This document shows, one piece after another, positions 46,948 through 56,843 of a stretch of DNA of 64,000 nt. The stretch spans positions 4,320,001 to 4,384,000 of the forward strand of contig OZ245742.1 in NCBI GenBank assembly GCA_965227295.1, in the 5' to 3' direction. The notes beneath the pieces were generated by a model that saw only the letters and a program-made list of their open reading frames with translations, was not told the origin of the DNA and searched no databases. This DNA is from Leptonemataceae bacterium. GTDB taxonomy: Bacteria; Spirochaetota; Leptospiria; Leptospirales; Leptonemataceae. A program made the translations under genes and the position numbers. Every line of letters starts with the position of its first letter. Position 1 is the stretch's first letter.

Positions 46948-47670
46948 ATGAATTTTGTTTTGAGACGTATGACGATCTTTGCTCTCCTCGCGAGCCTGGT
47001 CGTTGGCGGTCTGAGCTGTGAGAGCCTGACCTGGCGTACCGCGGCGGCGACCGGCATTGGTTGCGCGGCCGGACTCGGCATCGGCGCGATCATTGATGAG
47101 TATAAAAAGAAAGAGGACAGCCGCCAGCGGCGCGACGATATCTTCGGCATCTTCCGCAAGAAGAAGCAACGCAACGACGGTAAGATGGTCGGTCTGGCCA
47201 CCGGTTGCCTCGCCGGTCTGGGTGTCGGCCTGTACCTCGACTTGATGTACGAGGACATGTCAGATCAGTTTAAGGATCGCGGCATTGAGCTGGAAAAAGT
47301 CAAAGCACCGAACGGCGACACCGAAGAGCTGAAGGTGAACATGGACGGCGACATTTCCTTCGATACCGGCAGTGCCGAACTGGCCGGCTCCGCCGAAAAC
47401 AACGTGGATACCCTGGCCGAAGCGCTGCAAAAGTATCCGGAAACCGCGGTCCGCGTCTGGGGTCACACCGACGGCACGGGCTCTCGCGCGGTCAACGATC
47501 GTCTGAGCCGGGCACGTGCCAGCGAGGTTGCGGACGAACTGGAAGTGGGTTCCAGCCGGGTGGCAGAAATCAAGGGCTGGGCGAACGACAAACCCCTCCC
47601 CGGCACCTCGAAGACCGGCAACGTGCGCGAAAACCGCCGCGTGGAAGTCTACATCCTGCCGAAAGAATAA
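46948..47670 (+). CDS. OmpA-family (peptidoglycan-binding) lipoprotein with glycine zipper
   Basis: Lipobox GLSC, glycine-zipper helices, GHTDGTG...NDRLSRARA...ENRRVE. Confidence 0.9.
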   Translation: MNFVLRRMTIFALLASLVVGGLSCESLTWRTAAATGIGCAAGLGIGAIIDEYKKKEDSRQRRDDIFGIFRKKKQRNDGKMVGLATGCLAGLGVGLYLDLMYEDMSDQFKDRGIELEKVKAPNGDTEELKVNMDGDISFDTGSAELAGSAENNVDTLAEALQKYPETAVRVWGHTDGTGSRAVNDRLSRARASEVADELEVGSSRVAEIKGWANDKPLPGTSKTGNVRENRRVEVYILPKE

Positions 47671-47690
47671 ACAGTTACTGTGTGGAAGTT

Positions 47691-47722
47691 ACGACGGCCT
47701 CTCCCCGAGGGGTCGTCGTTTT
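47691..47722 (+). terminator. Hairpin terminator between the convergent ompA-like gene and fliG
   Basis: ACGACGGCCTCTC-CCC-GAGGGGTCGTCGT stem followed by a short T run. Confidence 0.65.
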
Positions 47723-47763
47723 CGACTTCGATCCTCGCAGTTGGTCCGTGGGCAAGACGCCGT

Positions 47764-48780
47764 TCAGTAGACGATCTCGCCGTCCCCCGGTCGCAGGATT
47801 CTCACCTCATCGACTTCTTCCAGTCGGCGCACCACCGCCACGATGCGCTGCTGCGCTTCTTCGATTTCCCGGCGTCGCTTCGGCCCGGATAGATTCACGT
47901 CTTCCTGCAACATCGCTCCGTGGCGTTTCGAAAGATTGCTCAGTACGTGTTCTTTGAGTTCCGGCGTGGTGTCCTTCAGGGCCAGCACCAGATCCTGGTA
48001 GTGTACCTGGCGCAAAAGATGCTTCATCGAACGATCGTCCAGATGAATGAGATCTTCGAAGACGAGCATCTTCTGGCGAATCTCGTCGGCGAGCTCGGGA
48101 TTTTCTTCTTCCAGTGCGGCCAGGATGGTGCGCTCGCTCGCGCGATCCGCGAGGTTCAGGACCTGCACGATGGCGTCCACACCGCCGGTCTCCGCGTCCC
48201 AACCGCCGCCGCCGTGACGCGCGTATACTTCCAGGCGCCGGCGCAGGACGTTCTCGATTTCCTGGATCGTTTCCGGGGCGATGCGTCCCATCTCCGCGAT
48301 ACGCCGGGCCACTTCGGCCTGCAAACCGTGCGGCAACGCGGTGAGCACGCGTGAAGCCTGAAGCGGCTGGAGATAACACAAAATCAATGCGATGGTTTGC
48401 GGGTGTTCATTCTGGATGAAGTTCAGGATTTGCCCCGGATCCACGTTCGCGAAAAAGTGAAAGGGCGCGGGATGAAGATCGGCCAGAATGTGTTCGATGA
48501 TTTCGTTCGCCCGCTCGATGCCGTGCACGCGCTCCAGAACCTGACGGGCATAGTCGATGCCGCCGCGCTCGATGTACTCCTGGGCCAGGATGAGTTCCTG
48601 AAACTCCGCCAGAACGCGATCCTGCTCGGCCGCGCCAACCTGGCGCAGGTGGGTCATCTCCCGAACAATCGCGTCCACTTCCGCCGGGCGCAGATGTCGA
48701 AACACCTCCGCCGCAGTCTCCGTGCCGAGAGCGATCAAAAAGACCGCCGCCTTCTGCAATCCACTCAGTTCGCGTTCCAT
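47764..48780 (-). CDS. fliG: Flagellar motor switch protein FliG (paralogue)
   Basis: LSGLQKAAVFL, GGIDYA, NEHPQTIALIL, MLVFED, NLSKR...EDV...GPKR. Confidence 0.93.
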   Translation of the reverse strand: MERELSGLQKAAVFLIALGTETAAEVFRHLRPAEVDAIVREMTHLRQVGAAEQDRVLAEFQELILAQEYIERGGIDYARQVLERVHGIERANEIIEHILADLHPAPFHFFANVDPGQILNFIQNEHPQTIALILCYLQPLQASRVLTALPHGLQAEVARRIAEMGRIAPETIQEIENVLRRRLEVYARHGGGGWDAETGGVDAIVQVLNLADRASERTILAALEEENPELADEIRQKMLVFEDLIHLDDRSMKHLLRQVHYQDLVLALKDTTPELKEHVLSNLSKRHGAMLQEDVNLSGPKRRREIEEAQQRIVAVVRRLEEVDEVRILRPGDGEIVY

Positions 48781-48870
48781 GGACTATCTTTACGACGGCC
48801 GCAAGGTTTGTGCAAGAAAACCTTTGCGCGAACGAACCACGGAAACGAGAAGCTACGTAATACGAAAGGA

Positions 48871-50163
48871 TTACGGCGCGCGCTGCTGGAGCTCTTCGTA
48901 CTTCCTGCGAAAGTGGTCGTTCGGCGCGTGTCCGAGGGCCTGCACGCTCAAGTCTTTGCGGATGCCGTTTACGAAGTACATGTCCACCTCGCCCATGTTT
49001 TTGGCTTCCACTTTGCCGCGATACTCGCAGTCGAAGAACTCGTAGACCTGCTCGTACGTCGTGTGCGAAATGTTTACGCGGCCGATCTCACCGCTCGACT
49101 CCATGCGGCTCGCCGTGTTGACCGTGTCGCCCCAGACGTCGTACGCGAACTTTTTCGTTCCCAATACGCCGGCCACGAGCGGTCCAGTGCTGATGCCGAC
49201 GCGACACTCCCAAAACTCCTGGCCGCGCAATTCCTTGAAGTGTTTGATCTGCTTCATGAACTCCTGGATCTCCAGGCCGGCAAGGACCGAGTCCACCGCG
49301 TGAGTGTTGTTTACAACGGGAATGCCGCCGGCGCACATGAAGGAATCACCGATGGTCTTGAGTTTTTCCAGGCCGAAGCGTTCCACCACACTGTCGAAAA
49401 ACGAGAACGTGGAGTCGAGTTGTTTGATGAGTTCCTGCGGCGTCATCTTCTCGGCGATGCGCGTAAATCCGCGAAAGTCCGTGAACAGTACACTCACACT
49501 TTCGTAAGAGCGCGGTTCGACCTGGCCTTCTTTTTTGAGTTGGTCGGCCACTTCGCGCGGTAGAATGTTCAAGAGCAAACGCTCGCTCTCTTTCAACGCC
49601 TGTTCGATCTGCTGATTCAGGCGCTTCTCTTCCATTTGGGCGTTGACGAGCTCGCGGTTCTGCTTGACTGCGTTTTCGTACGTCGAAAGCAACATGCCCA
49701 GGATTTGTCGGCGGCTGGCGGTAATGACGTGGTCTTCGCCGGCGTAACGCATTTCGATGGGCGAAGATTTCTCGAGGCTCGGCGGGTTTTCCAGGGTCGC
49801 CTGCACGCGGTACATTAGGAATCGTTCGTCGTAAGGTTTCGTAACGTAGCCGTCGGCCCCGGCTTCCATCCCGCGGATGATGTCCTCCGGCTGCGAAAGC
49901 GAAGTGCACAGGATCACGGGGATGGCGCGCAGCCCGTCCTCGTTCTTGATCTTCCGGCACAGCTCAAAGCCCGTGAGTTCCGGCATTTCCACGTCGCTGA
50001 TCAGCAGCGCCGGCCGGACCTGGCTCACCTTTTCGAAGCCTTCCCGGCCGTTCTTCGCCCAGGTGACTTTATAGCCGTTGTTCTCCAGGGCGCGGCGCAG
50101 CACGACCGCCTGTACCGGCGAGTCTTCGGCAATTACGATGTGTGTCGCTCCGTTGTCGCTCAT
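48871..50163 (-). CDS. Response regulator-class III adenylate cyclase
   Basis: REC ISDVEMP; cyclase FTDFRGFT, EKLKTIGDSFM, YDVWGDTVNTASRMES. Confidence 0.93.
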   Translation of the reverse strand: MSDNGATHIVIAEDSPVQAVVLRRALENNGYKVTWAKNGREGFEKVSQVRPALLISDVEMPELTGFELCRKIKNEDGLRAIPVILCTSLSQPEDIIRGMEAGADGYVTKPYDERFLMYRVQATLENPPSLEKSSPIEMRYAGEDHVITASRRQILGMLLSTYENAVKQNRELVNAQMEEKRLNQQIEQALKESERLLLNILPREVADQLKKEGQVEPRSYESVSVLFTDFRGFTRIAEKMTPQELIKQLDSTFSFFDSVVERFGLEKLKTIGDSFMCAGGIPVVNNTHAVDSVLAGLEIQEFMKQIKHFKELRGQEFWECRVGISTGPLVAGVLGTKKFAYDVWGDTVNTASRMESSGEIGRVNISHTTYEQVYEFFDCEYRGKVEAKNMGEVDMYFVNGIRKDLSVQALGHAPNDHFRRKYEELQQRAP

Positions 50164-50189
50164 CCCTGTCGGTACCGTATTCGACTAAC

Positions 50190-51233
50190 TTACATCCGAA
50201 AAATCTTAAGCATAGCCGGAGCGATATCCCCCAGGGCCAGGATGTGCTGCGCCGCCCCCAGGCGGGCGGCCTCCCCGGGCATGCCGTAGACCACCGAGGT
50301 CGCCTCGTCCTGGGCGATGGTCAATCCGCCGGCTTCGCGCAATGCCTTGAGACCCCGGGCGCCGTCGTCTCCCATGCCGGTCATGATTACGCCGGCTGCT
50401 CGTTTGCCGTGGCTTTTTGCCACGGACTCGAACATGACGGTGGCGGACGGCCGAAAGCCGTGAAAGGGCTCCGAGCGCACGGAGCGCAAGCGACCGCCCT
50501 GTTCTATTTCCAGATGCGTATCTTCTTCGGGAAAGTAGACGTTCCCGGGCTGCACGGTTTCGCCGTGTTTCGCCACACGAACACGAATACCGCAGCGATC
50601 ATTCAGCCAGCGAACCAGGCCGTCCAGAAACCCCAGGCTGATGTGTTGCACGCAAATGATCGGCGCGGGAAAGTTAGCCGGCAGAGCCGAGAGAACCGCG
50701 GCGTAGGCCTGGGGACCGCCGGTGGACGCGGCCATCGCCAGCAGTTCCACCTCCGGGGCCGGAGCCACGACGGAAGTTTTCGCCGACTCGAACTGCGTCC
50801 GCTCGCCGTGCTTATGAAAGACAACGACACCGGAGACGACGCGGATCTTGTTCACCAGGGCCTTTGTCCACGCCTCTTCTTCGCTTTTCAGTCCGCCCTT
50901 CGGTTTCGGAAAAACATCCACCGCGCCGGCACGCAACAGTTCGAAGACGGTGTGTTCGTCTTCTTTTTGTACGGCCACACTGATGACCAGAATCGGTTTC
51001 GGATTCGTACGCATGATGCGCCGGGTGAGTTCCAGACCGTCGACCCGGGGCATGTTGAGATCGGTGCAGACGACATCCACTTCCCGCGCGCCCAGTTCCT
51101 GCAGAGCCTCTTCGCCGTTCGCGGCGGTGGCCACGACCTGCAGATCCGGCGCGGTTTCGATCATGCGACGCAGGATGGCGAGCACGAGGGGGGAATCGTC
51201 AACGAGAAGGACGCGGATGGAATCACGCGGCAT
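50190..51233 (-). CDS. cheB: Chemotaxis methylesterase CheB (REC + esterase)
   Basis: TDLNMP; catalytic ASTGGP, VQH, MTGMGDDG. Confidence 0.96.
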   Translation of the reverse strand: MPRDSIRVLLVDDSPLVLAILRRMIETAPDLQVVATAANGEEALQELGAREVDVVCTDLNMPRVDGLELTRRIMRTNPKPILVISVAVQKEDEHTVFELLRAGAVDVFPKPKGGLKSEEEAWTKALVNKIRVVSGVVVFHKHGERTQFESAKTSVVAPAPEVELLAMAASTGGPQAYAAVLSALPANFPAPIICVQHISLGFLDGLVRWLNDRCGIRVRVAKHGETVQPGNVYFPEEDTHLEIEQGGRLRSVRSEPFHGFRPSATVMFESVAKSHGKRAAGVIMTGMGDDGARGLKALREAGGLTIAQDEATSVVYGMPGEAARLGAAQHILALGDIAPAMLKIFRM

Positions 51234-51234
51234 A

Positions 51235-53715
51235 TTAGATCAGTCTCCTGAGCGTATCGAGCAGGACTTCTTGATTGAAGCCGCTCTTGGTAATGTACGC
51301 ATTCGCCCCGACCTCCATGCCCCGCCGGCGATGCTCCTCCGAGGAAAGCGTGGTGACCAGCACCACCGGAAGGTCGCGAAACTCTTCGTGGGCGCGCACG
51401 CGAGACGTGAACGCGAAACCGTCCATGTTGGGCATCTCGATGTCGGAGACGATGGCGTCCACTTTCCCCGGATTCGCGGTCAGCTTCTGGTACGCCTCGC
51501 GGCCGTCCACCGCGACCAGGACCTCGTAGCCGGCACGCTCCAGGATGCGCTTCTCCTGCATGCGCGTGGTGATGGAATCCTCGGCCAGCAGGATCGTGTG
51601 TTTGCCGGAGGTTTTTCGATCGCCGCTTTCTTCCCGGGTCCGCAGGTCCGGCGCGGCTTTGCGACTCAGCTCCGACTTTAACAGATCGCGCGGATTCAGC
51701 ACCACGCATACGGACCCGGATTCCAGGATCGTCATGCCGGATACGTTACGCACGCGCTTTAACATTCCGCTGGTAGACTTTAGTATGATTTCCTGCTCGT
51801 CCAGGAGTTCGTCGACGAGCAGCGCCAGCGTGTCGCCGTGCACGTTGATCACGAAGGCCGGCATCAGTTCCCCGCCGTCCTGCTCCGCCGACGGCGGTTC
51901 CGGAAGCTCCAGCAGCAGCGACAGTCGCGCCGTAGAAATCAGCTCGTCTCCCACGCGAATCGTGTTGCGGCCTTCCAGCGTGAAGATGTCCTCGCGCGCC
52001 ACCATCTGCGTCATCTCAACGTATTCGGTGGGAACGGCGAAGACCTGGCCGGCGGAGCTTACCAACAACACACGCGTTGTAGTGAGGGCCGTGGGCAGCG
52101 TCACCCGAAACGTGCTACCGCGTCCCGGTTCGCTGAGCACGCGGATGCTGCCCTTCATGCGTTCGACGTTGGTCCGCACGACGTCCATGCCGACGCCGCG
52201 ACCGGAGACGTCGGTGATGAGATCCTTCGTGGAGAAGCCCGGTTCAAAAATGAGATTAAAGACCTGTTCGTCACTCATCTCGGCGAGGATCTCGGCGCTG
52301 TGCAGGTTCTTCTGCTCCGCCTTTGCTTTGATCTTTGCGATGTCCAGGCCGCGGCCGTCGTCCTGAATCTCGACGATCACGTTGCGCCCGCTGCGATAAC
52401 CACGGAGCACCAACGACGCCTTGCGATTCTTACCGGCGCTCTCGCGCTCGTCCGGCTCCTCAATGCCGTGGTCCACCGCGTTGCGTAACATGTGCATGAG
52501 CGGATCTTTCATCTCTTCGACGATGCGTTTATCCGCCCGGGTATCGCCGCCCTCGCTCGTGAACTCCACTTCTTTGTTTTGTTCGCGAGACAGATCACGA
52601 ACCGTGCGCGGAAACAATGCAAACAACGTGGACAGCGGCAACATGCGCGCGTCGCGAATGCCGCCTTCCAGACGATCGGAAACCAGGCCGAGTTTCGCCG
52701 CGTCCTCGGAGACCTCGGACTTCAGCCGTTCGAGTACCGCGGAAAATTTTTCGAAGCGTTCGTGTTCGCCGTGGAAGTACTCCCGCAGGCGTTCGATCAT
52801 TTTTTCCCGCGCCCCCTGGTCGGCGCTTTCGAGTTCGCGAATAAGCCGACGATAAGCGCTTCCCGTACGGCCCCAATCTTCCCAGAGGTTCAGGATCTCC
52901 TCAATGTCGCCGGGACGCCGGGCTACGCGTTGCGAAGCGACGGTCAGTTCTCCCGTCTGATTGAGCAGTGCATCCAGGGTCTCCGTGCCGATGCGAATGG
53001 TTTCAATGCGATAGTCGTCGCCGGTATTGCGCTCCTGCAGCGCCTTCGCCGGAGGCGGCGCGGCGTCCGGTTTCGAAGGTGCCGGTGGCGCGGCCGGGGG
53101 CGATGGTGTGAGTGCGGGCGCTTCCGACGGCGGCGGATCCGCGGGCGGCGGCGATGATGACTCGGGAGCGGGATCGGCGGCTGGAGTTTCCGCAATCGGT
53201 CGGGCCGCCGGGATCGGCTCCGCCTCGACGCTGTCCGGGGCTTCAGCCCGGCGATCCGCGGACTCCTTTGATTGTTGCCAGCCCGGTACGGGCGGCGGCT
53301 CCGCTTTCTTTGACTGAACGGAACGATTTTCCGGGAGCGGTCGTCGACCGGTCAGCACGTCGCTCACGTGCACGACGTCGACGCGGGCGGCCTCCCCGCT
53401 GACCGCTTCGTCCACCAGGGCGCGGACGGCGTCCAGGGCGAAGTAGATGCGATCCACCGTCGCGGAATCCAGTTCGGCCTCGTGACGTTTGGCCTGGCCC
53501 AGGCGATCTTCGAGATGATGCGAGAGCTGTTCGACGTCCTCCACGCCTAACATACGCGCAGCGCCTTTTAAGCTGTGCGCCTCGCGAAAGACCTCGTCGA
53601 GTGCCGCCTGGTCGTCCGGGTACTTTTCGAGATGGAGCAGGCCTTCGTCGAGTTTCTGAAGGTGCTCCTCGCTCTCGATCTTAAAAAGATCCCGGAGTTC
53701 CTCGTCTTCGATCAT
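51235..53715 (-). CDS. cheA: Hybrid CheA with C-terminal REC (WspE-like)
   Basis: Hpt FREAHSLKGAA, HMLRNAVDHGIE, SGRGVGMDVV, CheW-like P5 domain, REC VSDIEMP. Confidence 0.95.
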   Translation of the reverse strand: MIEDEELRDLFKIESEEHLQKLDEGLLHLEKYPDDQAALDEVFREAHSLKGAARMLGVEDVEQLSHHLEDRLGQAKRHEAELDSATVDRIYFALDAVRALVDEAVSGEAARVDVVHVSDVLTGRRPLPENRSVQSKKAEPPPVPGWQQSKESADRRAEAPDSVEAEPIPAARPIAETPAADPAPESSSPPPADPPPSEAPALTPSPPAAPPAPSKPDAAPPPAKALQERNTGDDYRIETIRIGTETLDALLNQTGELTVASQRVARRPGDIEEILNLWEDWGRTGSAYRRLIRELESADQGAREKMIERLREYFHGEHERFEKFSAVLERLKSEVSEDAAKLGLVSDRLEGGIRDARMLPLSTLFALFPRTVRDLSREQNKEVEFTSEGGDTRADKRIVEEMKDPLMHMLRNAVDHGIEEPDERESAGKNRKASLVLRGYRSGRNVIVEIQDDGRGLDIAKIKAKAEQKNLHSAEILAEMSDEQVFNLIFEPGFSTKDLITDVSGRGVGMDVVRTNVERMKGSIRVLSEPGRGSTFRVTLPTALTTTRVLLVSSAGQVFAVPTEYVEMTQMVAREDIFTLEGRNTIRVGDELISTARLSLLLELPEPPSAEQDGGELMPAFVINVHGDTLALLVDELLDEQEIILKSTSGMLKRVRNVSGMTILESGSVCVVLNPRDLLKSELSRKAAPDLRTREESGDRKTSGKHTILLAEDSITTRMQEKRILERAGYEVLVAVDGREAYQKLTANPGKVDAIVSDIEMPNMDGFAFTSRVRAHEEFRDLPVVLVTTLSSEEHRRRGMEVGANAYITKSGFNQEVLLDTLRRLI

Positions 53716-55748
53716 GTTGTTCTGGAAATCTCACGGTGAAAGATATCGTACGCGTCCGGTCCGCCGGAGGCGATGGCTTCCAGCTTCACCGCGGCCTGGT
53801 TCAATTGTTCCACACCCTGTTTGGTCTGCGCCGCACCGGCGGCGTTCTCCCGCGCGCCGGAGCTGATATCGTTCATGGCCTGCACGACTTCGTTCACCGC
53901 AATGGACTGCTGCTTCACGTTCAGAGAGATCTGTTGCGTGTTTTCGACGACGCGGTTCATAGCGCCGGAAACCTCGCGGAAGGCGGTGGCGGTGTGCTCG
54001 GCGAGATCGACGCTGCGGTCCACGGATTTCGTGCCGTCGTCGGTGGCCATAACGGTGGAGTCGGTGGCCTGCTGAATTTCCCCGACGAGATTCTGAATGC
54101 GTTCGGCGGATTTTTTGCTTTGATCGGCGAGTTTGCGAATCTCCGCCGCGACGACGGCAAATCCCTTGCCGTGTTCCCCGGCCCGCACCGCTTCCACGGC
54201 GGCGTTGAGCGCGAGCATGTTGGTCTGGTTCGCGAGGTCGCCGACGAAGTTCGTGATGTTGCCGATCTGATGCGTCTGTTCGCTGAGGTGTGAGATCTGT
54301 TCGGCGATGGCGCTGACCTTGCCTTTGATCTCGCTCATGCCGCCGCGCATCTCTTCGACCATGCCCGTACCTTCTTCGGCGATGCTCAACGCTTCCCGCG
54401 CACCGGCGGCGACGCTCTCGGATTGTTCGGCGGTTTGTTTCGAAGACGCGCCGAGTTCGGACATCGTCGTGCTGGTTTGATTCACCGCCGTGGACTGTTG
54501 CTGCGCCGTCCGCTCCTGCTGGTCCACCGTCGCGGCGATCTCGCTCGTCGAGGTCGTAAGTACGCCGATGATTTCGTTTACCGGCGAGGCAATGCGACCG
54601 GCCAGGAAGGCCGTGGCCACGATGACGATGGCGAGGATCGTGACTCCGATGATCGCCCAGAAGAACAGCAACGTATCGAGGTACTCCAGGGCCTCGGCGG
54701 TATCCATCTCGGCGATGACGGCGTACTCGTTGTCGTCGAGGGTAACGGAGTCGTACGCGCTCATGACCGTGGCGCCGCGATAGTTCGTCGTAACCATGGT
54801 GCCGCTTTCTTTATTGAAGGCCTTCGCAACACTCGGGGTGTCGACGCGGTATTTCTCGTTCAGGAGCGTACTTTCGTCGTAGTGCTCCCGAACGTAGCGT
54901 GAGTTTGTCCGAAACAACTTGTCCTTGCCGACGATGTAGACGTCGCCGGTCTTACCCATGCCTTTCGAGTACTGAATGAACTCGTCCAGGCGCGACTGGG
55001 AGTACTGCACCATGAGGACGCCGATGGTCCGGCCGTTTTCGACGATGGGTGTGGCCTTAAAGTACGCCGGATCATCGTTAGAGGGCGCGTAGGGTTCGAA
55101 GTCCGTATTGAAGATGGCGTCACGGTCGGTGGAAGAGCGGGCTTCTTTGAAGACGCGGGCAATGTGCGTATCCTTCCAGCGACCGTCCAGAAGACTGGTG
55201 CCGAAGTCGTTTTCCTTGAAGACCGTGTACAGGATGTGTCCCGTCTCCGGCTCTACCAGGAAGAAGTCGTAGAGATAGTTGCGTTCCAGGATTTCACGAT
55301 AGTAGCCGTGATAGCGCGAGTGCAAGCGGCTGTACTCGCTCCCGTCCTTCGCATCGTAGAGGTCGTGCTTTTTGCCGATCTCGAAGGGATTCTCACTGAT
55401 GTAGAGTTGCTGCAAACGCCGCATGGCGGCCTCGCGGCTGCCGGTTTCCTCGACGAGTTCGTCGAAGGCGAAGCGAAACTCCTTCATGGCCTGGATGGTC
55501 GCGGGATTCGAGGCTTCGATCTGAATGCTGGTACTGGCCGTCTCCCAGAGTGAAATGAGGCCGGCCTTCTTGAGATTGCGAATGTCCGAGAGCCGCTCCT
55601 CCACCGCCCGGATGACCCCGTTGCGCGCGAAGAGATACGACACCAGAATAAAAAAGACGATAGCGATGATCGTCAGGACGACGTTGAAGATGACGATGCG
55701 CGCCTTGAACGTATAACGCAGGATGTATCGCTCAATAAAGTTTATCAT
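53712..55748 (-). CDS. Methyl-accepting chemotaxis protein with Cache-like periplasmic domain
   Basis: Two TM helices; QTNMLALNAAVEAVRAGEHGKGFAVVAAEIRKLA. Confidence 0.96.
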   Translation of the reverse strand: MINFIERYILRYTFKARIVIFNVVLTIIAIVFFILVSYLFARNGVIRAVEERLSDIRNLKKAGLISLWETASTSIQIEASNPATIQAMKEFRFAFDELVEETGSREAAMRRLQQLYISENPFEIGKKHDLYDAKDGSEYSRLHSRYHGYYREILERNYLYDFFLVEPETGHILYTVFKENDFGTSLLDGRWKDTHIARVFKEARSSTDRDAIFNTDFEPYAPSNDDPAYFKATPIVENGRTIGVLMVQYSQSRLDEFIQYSKGMGKTGDVYIVGKDKLFRTNSRYVREHYDESTLLNEKYRVDTPSVAKAFNKESGTMVTTNYRGATVMSAYDSVTLDDNEYAVIAEMDTAEALEYLDTLLFFWAIIGVTILAIVIVATAFLAGRIASPVNEIIGVLTTSTSEIAATVDQQERTAQQQSTAVNQTSTTMSELGASSKQTAEQSESVAAGAREALSIAEEGTGMVEEMRGGMSEIKGKVSAIAEQISHLSEQTHQIGNITNFVGDLANQTNMLALNAAVEAVRAGEHGKGFAVVAAEIRKLADQSKKSAERIQNLVGEIQQATDSTVMATDDGTKSVDRSVDLAEHTATAFREVSGAMNRVVENTQQISLNVKQQSIAVNEVVQAMNDISSGARENAAGAAQTKQGVEQLNQAAVKLEAIASGGPDAYDIFHREISRTT

Positions 55749-55749
55749 T

Positions 55750-56826
55750 TCAGACCTCTTCGTTCACCACCAGTTCGGGGGCTTCGAGAATGCGGGATAA
55801 GTTCAACACGGTGGCGTTGCCCTGATCGTAGCGGCAGGCTCCGCGCACGTACTCCGACGCGGAGGAGCGCACGGCGGTGGGCGCTTCGTCCAGTTCGCTC
55901 AGGCGCAGGGGCAGGACGTCCAGGACCTCGTCCACCACGACGCCGACGGGAATCGAGCCGGTCCTCGCCACCACGACCTTGCCGCCGCGATTCCGCGCGG
56001 ACATGGAGAGCTGCAGCATGCCGCGAATATCGAGCAGCGTCAGGATCTCCCCGCGCAGGTTCATACAGCCGACGACGTGGGACGGCGCGCAGGGGACCGG
56101 GGTCGGCTGGCGCACGTCCGTAAACTCCACGACGCCGTCCAGTTCCACGGCGAAACGTTCCTGATTCAACGCCACGACGGCCAGGTGCAGCATGTCCGTT
56201 TCTTCGTGCTCGTCCGCGTCCCGGGCCAGGGCCCGGGCTCGCTCGCGAAAAATCCGGCGCTCGTCTTCGTTTGCATCGGGGCAGAACAGCGGCAGCTCGC
56301 GGTAATTCGCCGGCAGTTTTTCGAAGTCATCCTGCTCTTCGATCATCTGCGCGTTGAGCGCTAAGATCTTCTCGTGTAAACCTTCGGGATACTTTAAGAG
56401 CAGGTCCTCGTCAAGGACCGTCACCAGTTCGCCGTTCACCCGGGCAATGCGGGAGATGTACAGCGACGCCCGCTGCGATTCGGCGAAGCCGTAGTTCGGC
56501 GCGTCGGAGACCTCGGTTTCGTCCAGTTCGCGAACCTCGGAGACATCGTTGACGATGATGCCCGTGAGTTCGTCGCCGCCGGAGATGACGATGACGCGGT
56601 CCTCGGTACGATAGGGAGCCAGGCGATAGCCCAGGCGTAGATTGAGATCGAGAACCGTAACAATCCGCCCGCGTAAGTTAAAGATGCCGGCCACATCGTA
56701 CGGGGCCTGGGCCACCGGTGAAAGCTCCGGCAACCAGAGGATCTCGAAGACGCGATCCACCCGGACGGCATAGCGGGCACCGCTCAGTTCAAAGAGAAGA
56801 TACGCGTTGGAATCGCCGGCTTGCAT
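55750..56826 (-). CDS. cheW: Tandem (double) CheW protein
   Basis: Two CheW domains: GIFNLRGRIVTVLDL and GCMNLRGEILTLLDI. Confidence 0.93.
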   Translation of the reverse strand: MQAGDSNAYLLFELSGARYAVRVDRVFEILWLPELSPVAQAPYDVAGIFNLRGRIVTVLDLNLRLGYRLAPYRTEDRVIVISGGDELTGIIVNDVSEVRELDETEVSDAPNYGFAESQRASLYISRIARVNGELVTVLDEDLLLKYPEGLHEKILALNAQMIEEQDDFEKLPANYRELPLFCPDANEDERRIFRERARALARDADEHEETDMLHLAVVALNQERFAVELDGVVEFTDVRQPTPVPCAPSHVVGCMNLRGEILTLLDIRGMLQLSMSARNRGGKVVVARTGSIPVGVVVDEVLDVLPLRLSELDEAPTAVRSSASEYVRGACRYDQGNATVLNLSRILEAPELVVNEEV

Positions 56827-56843
56827 AGGTCTTCGGCCCGGCC

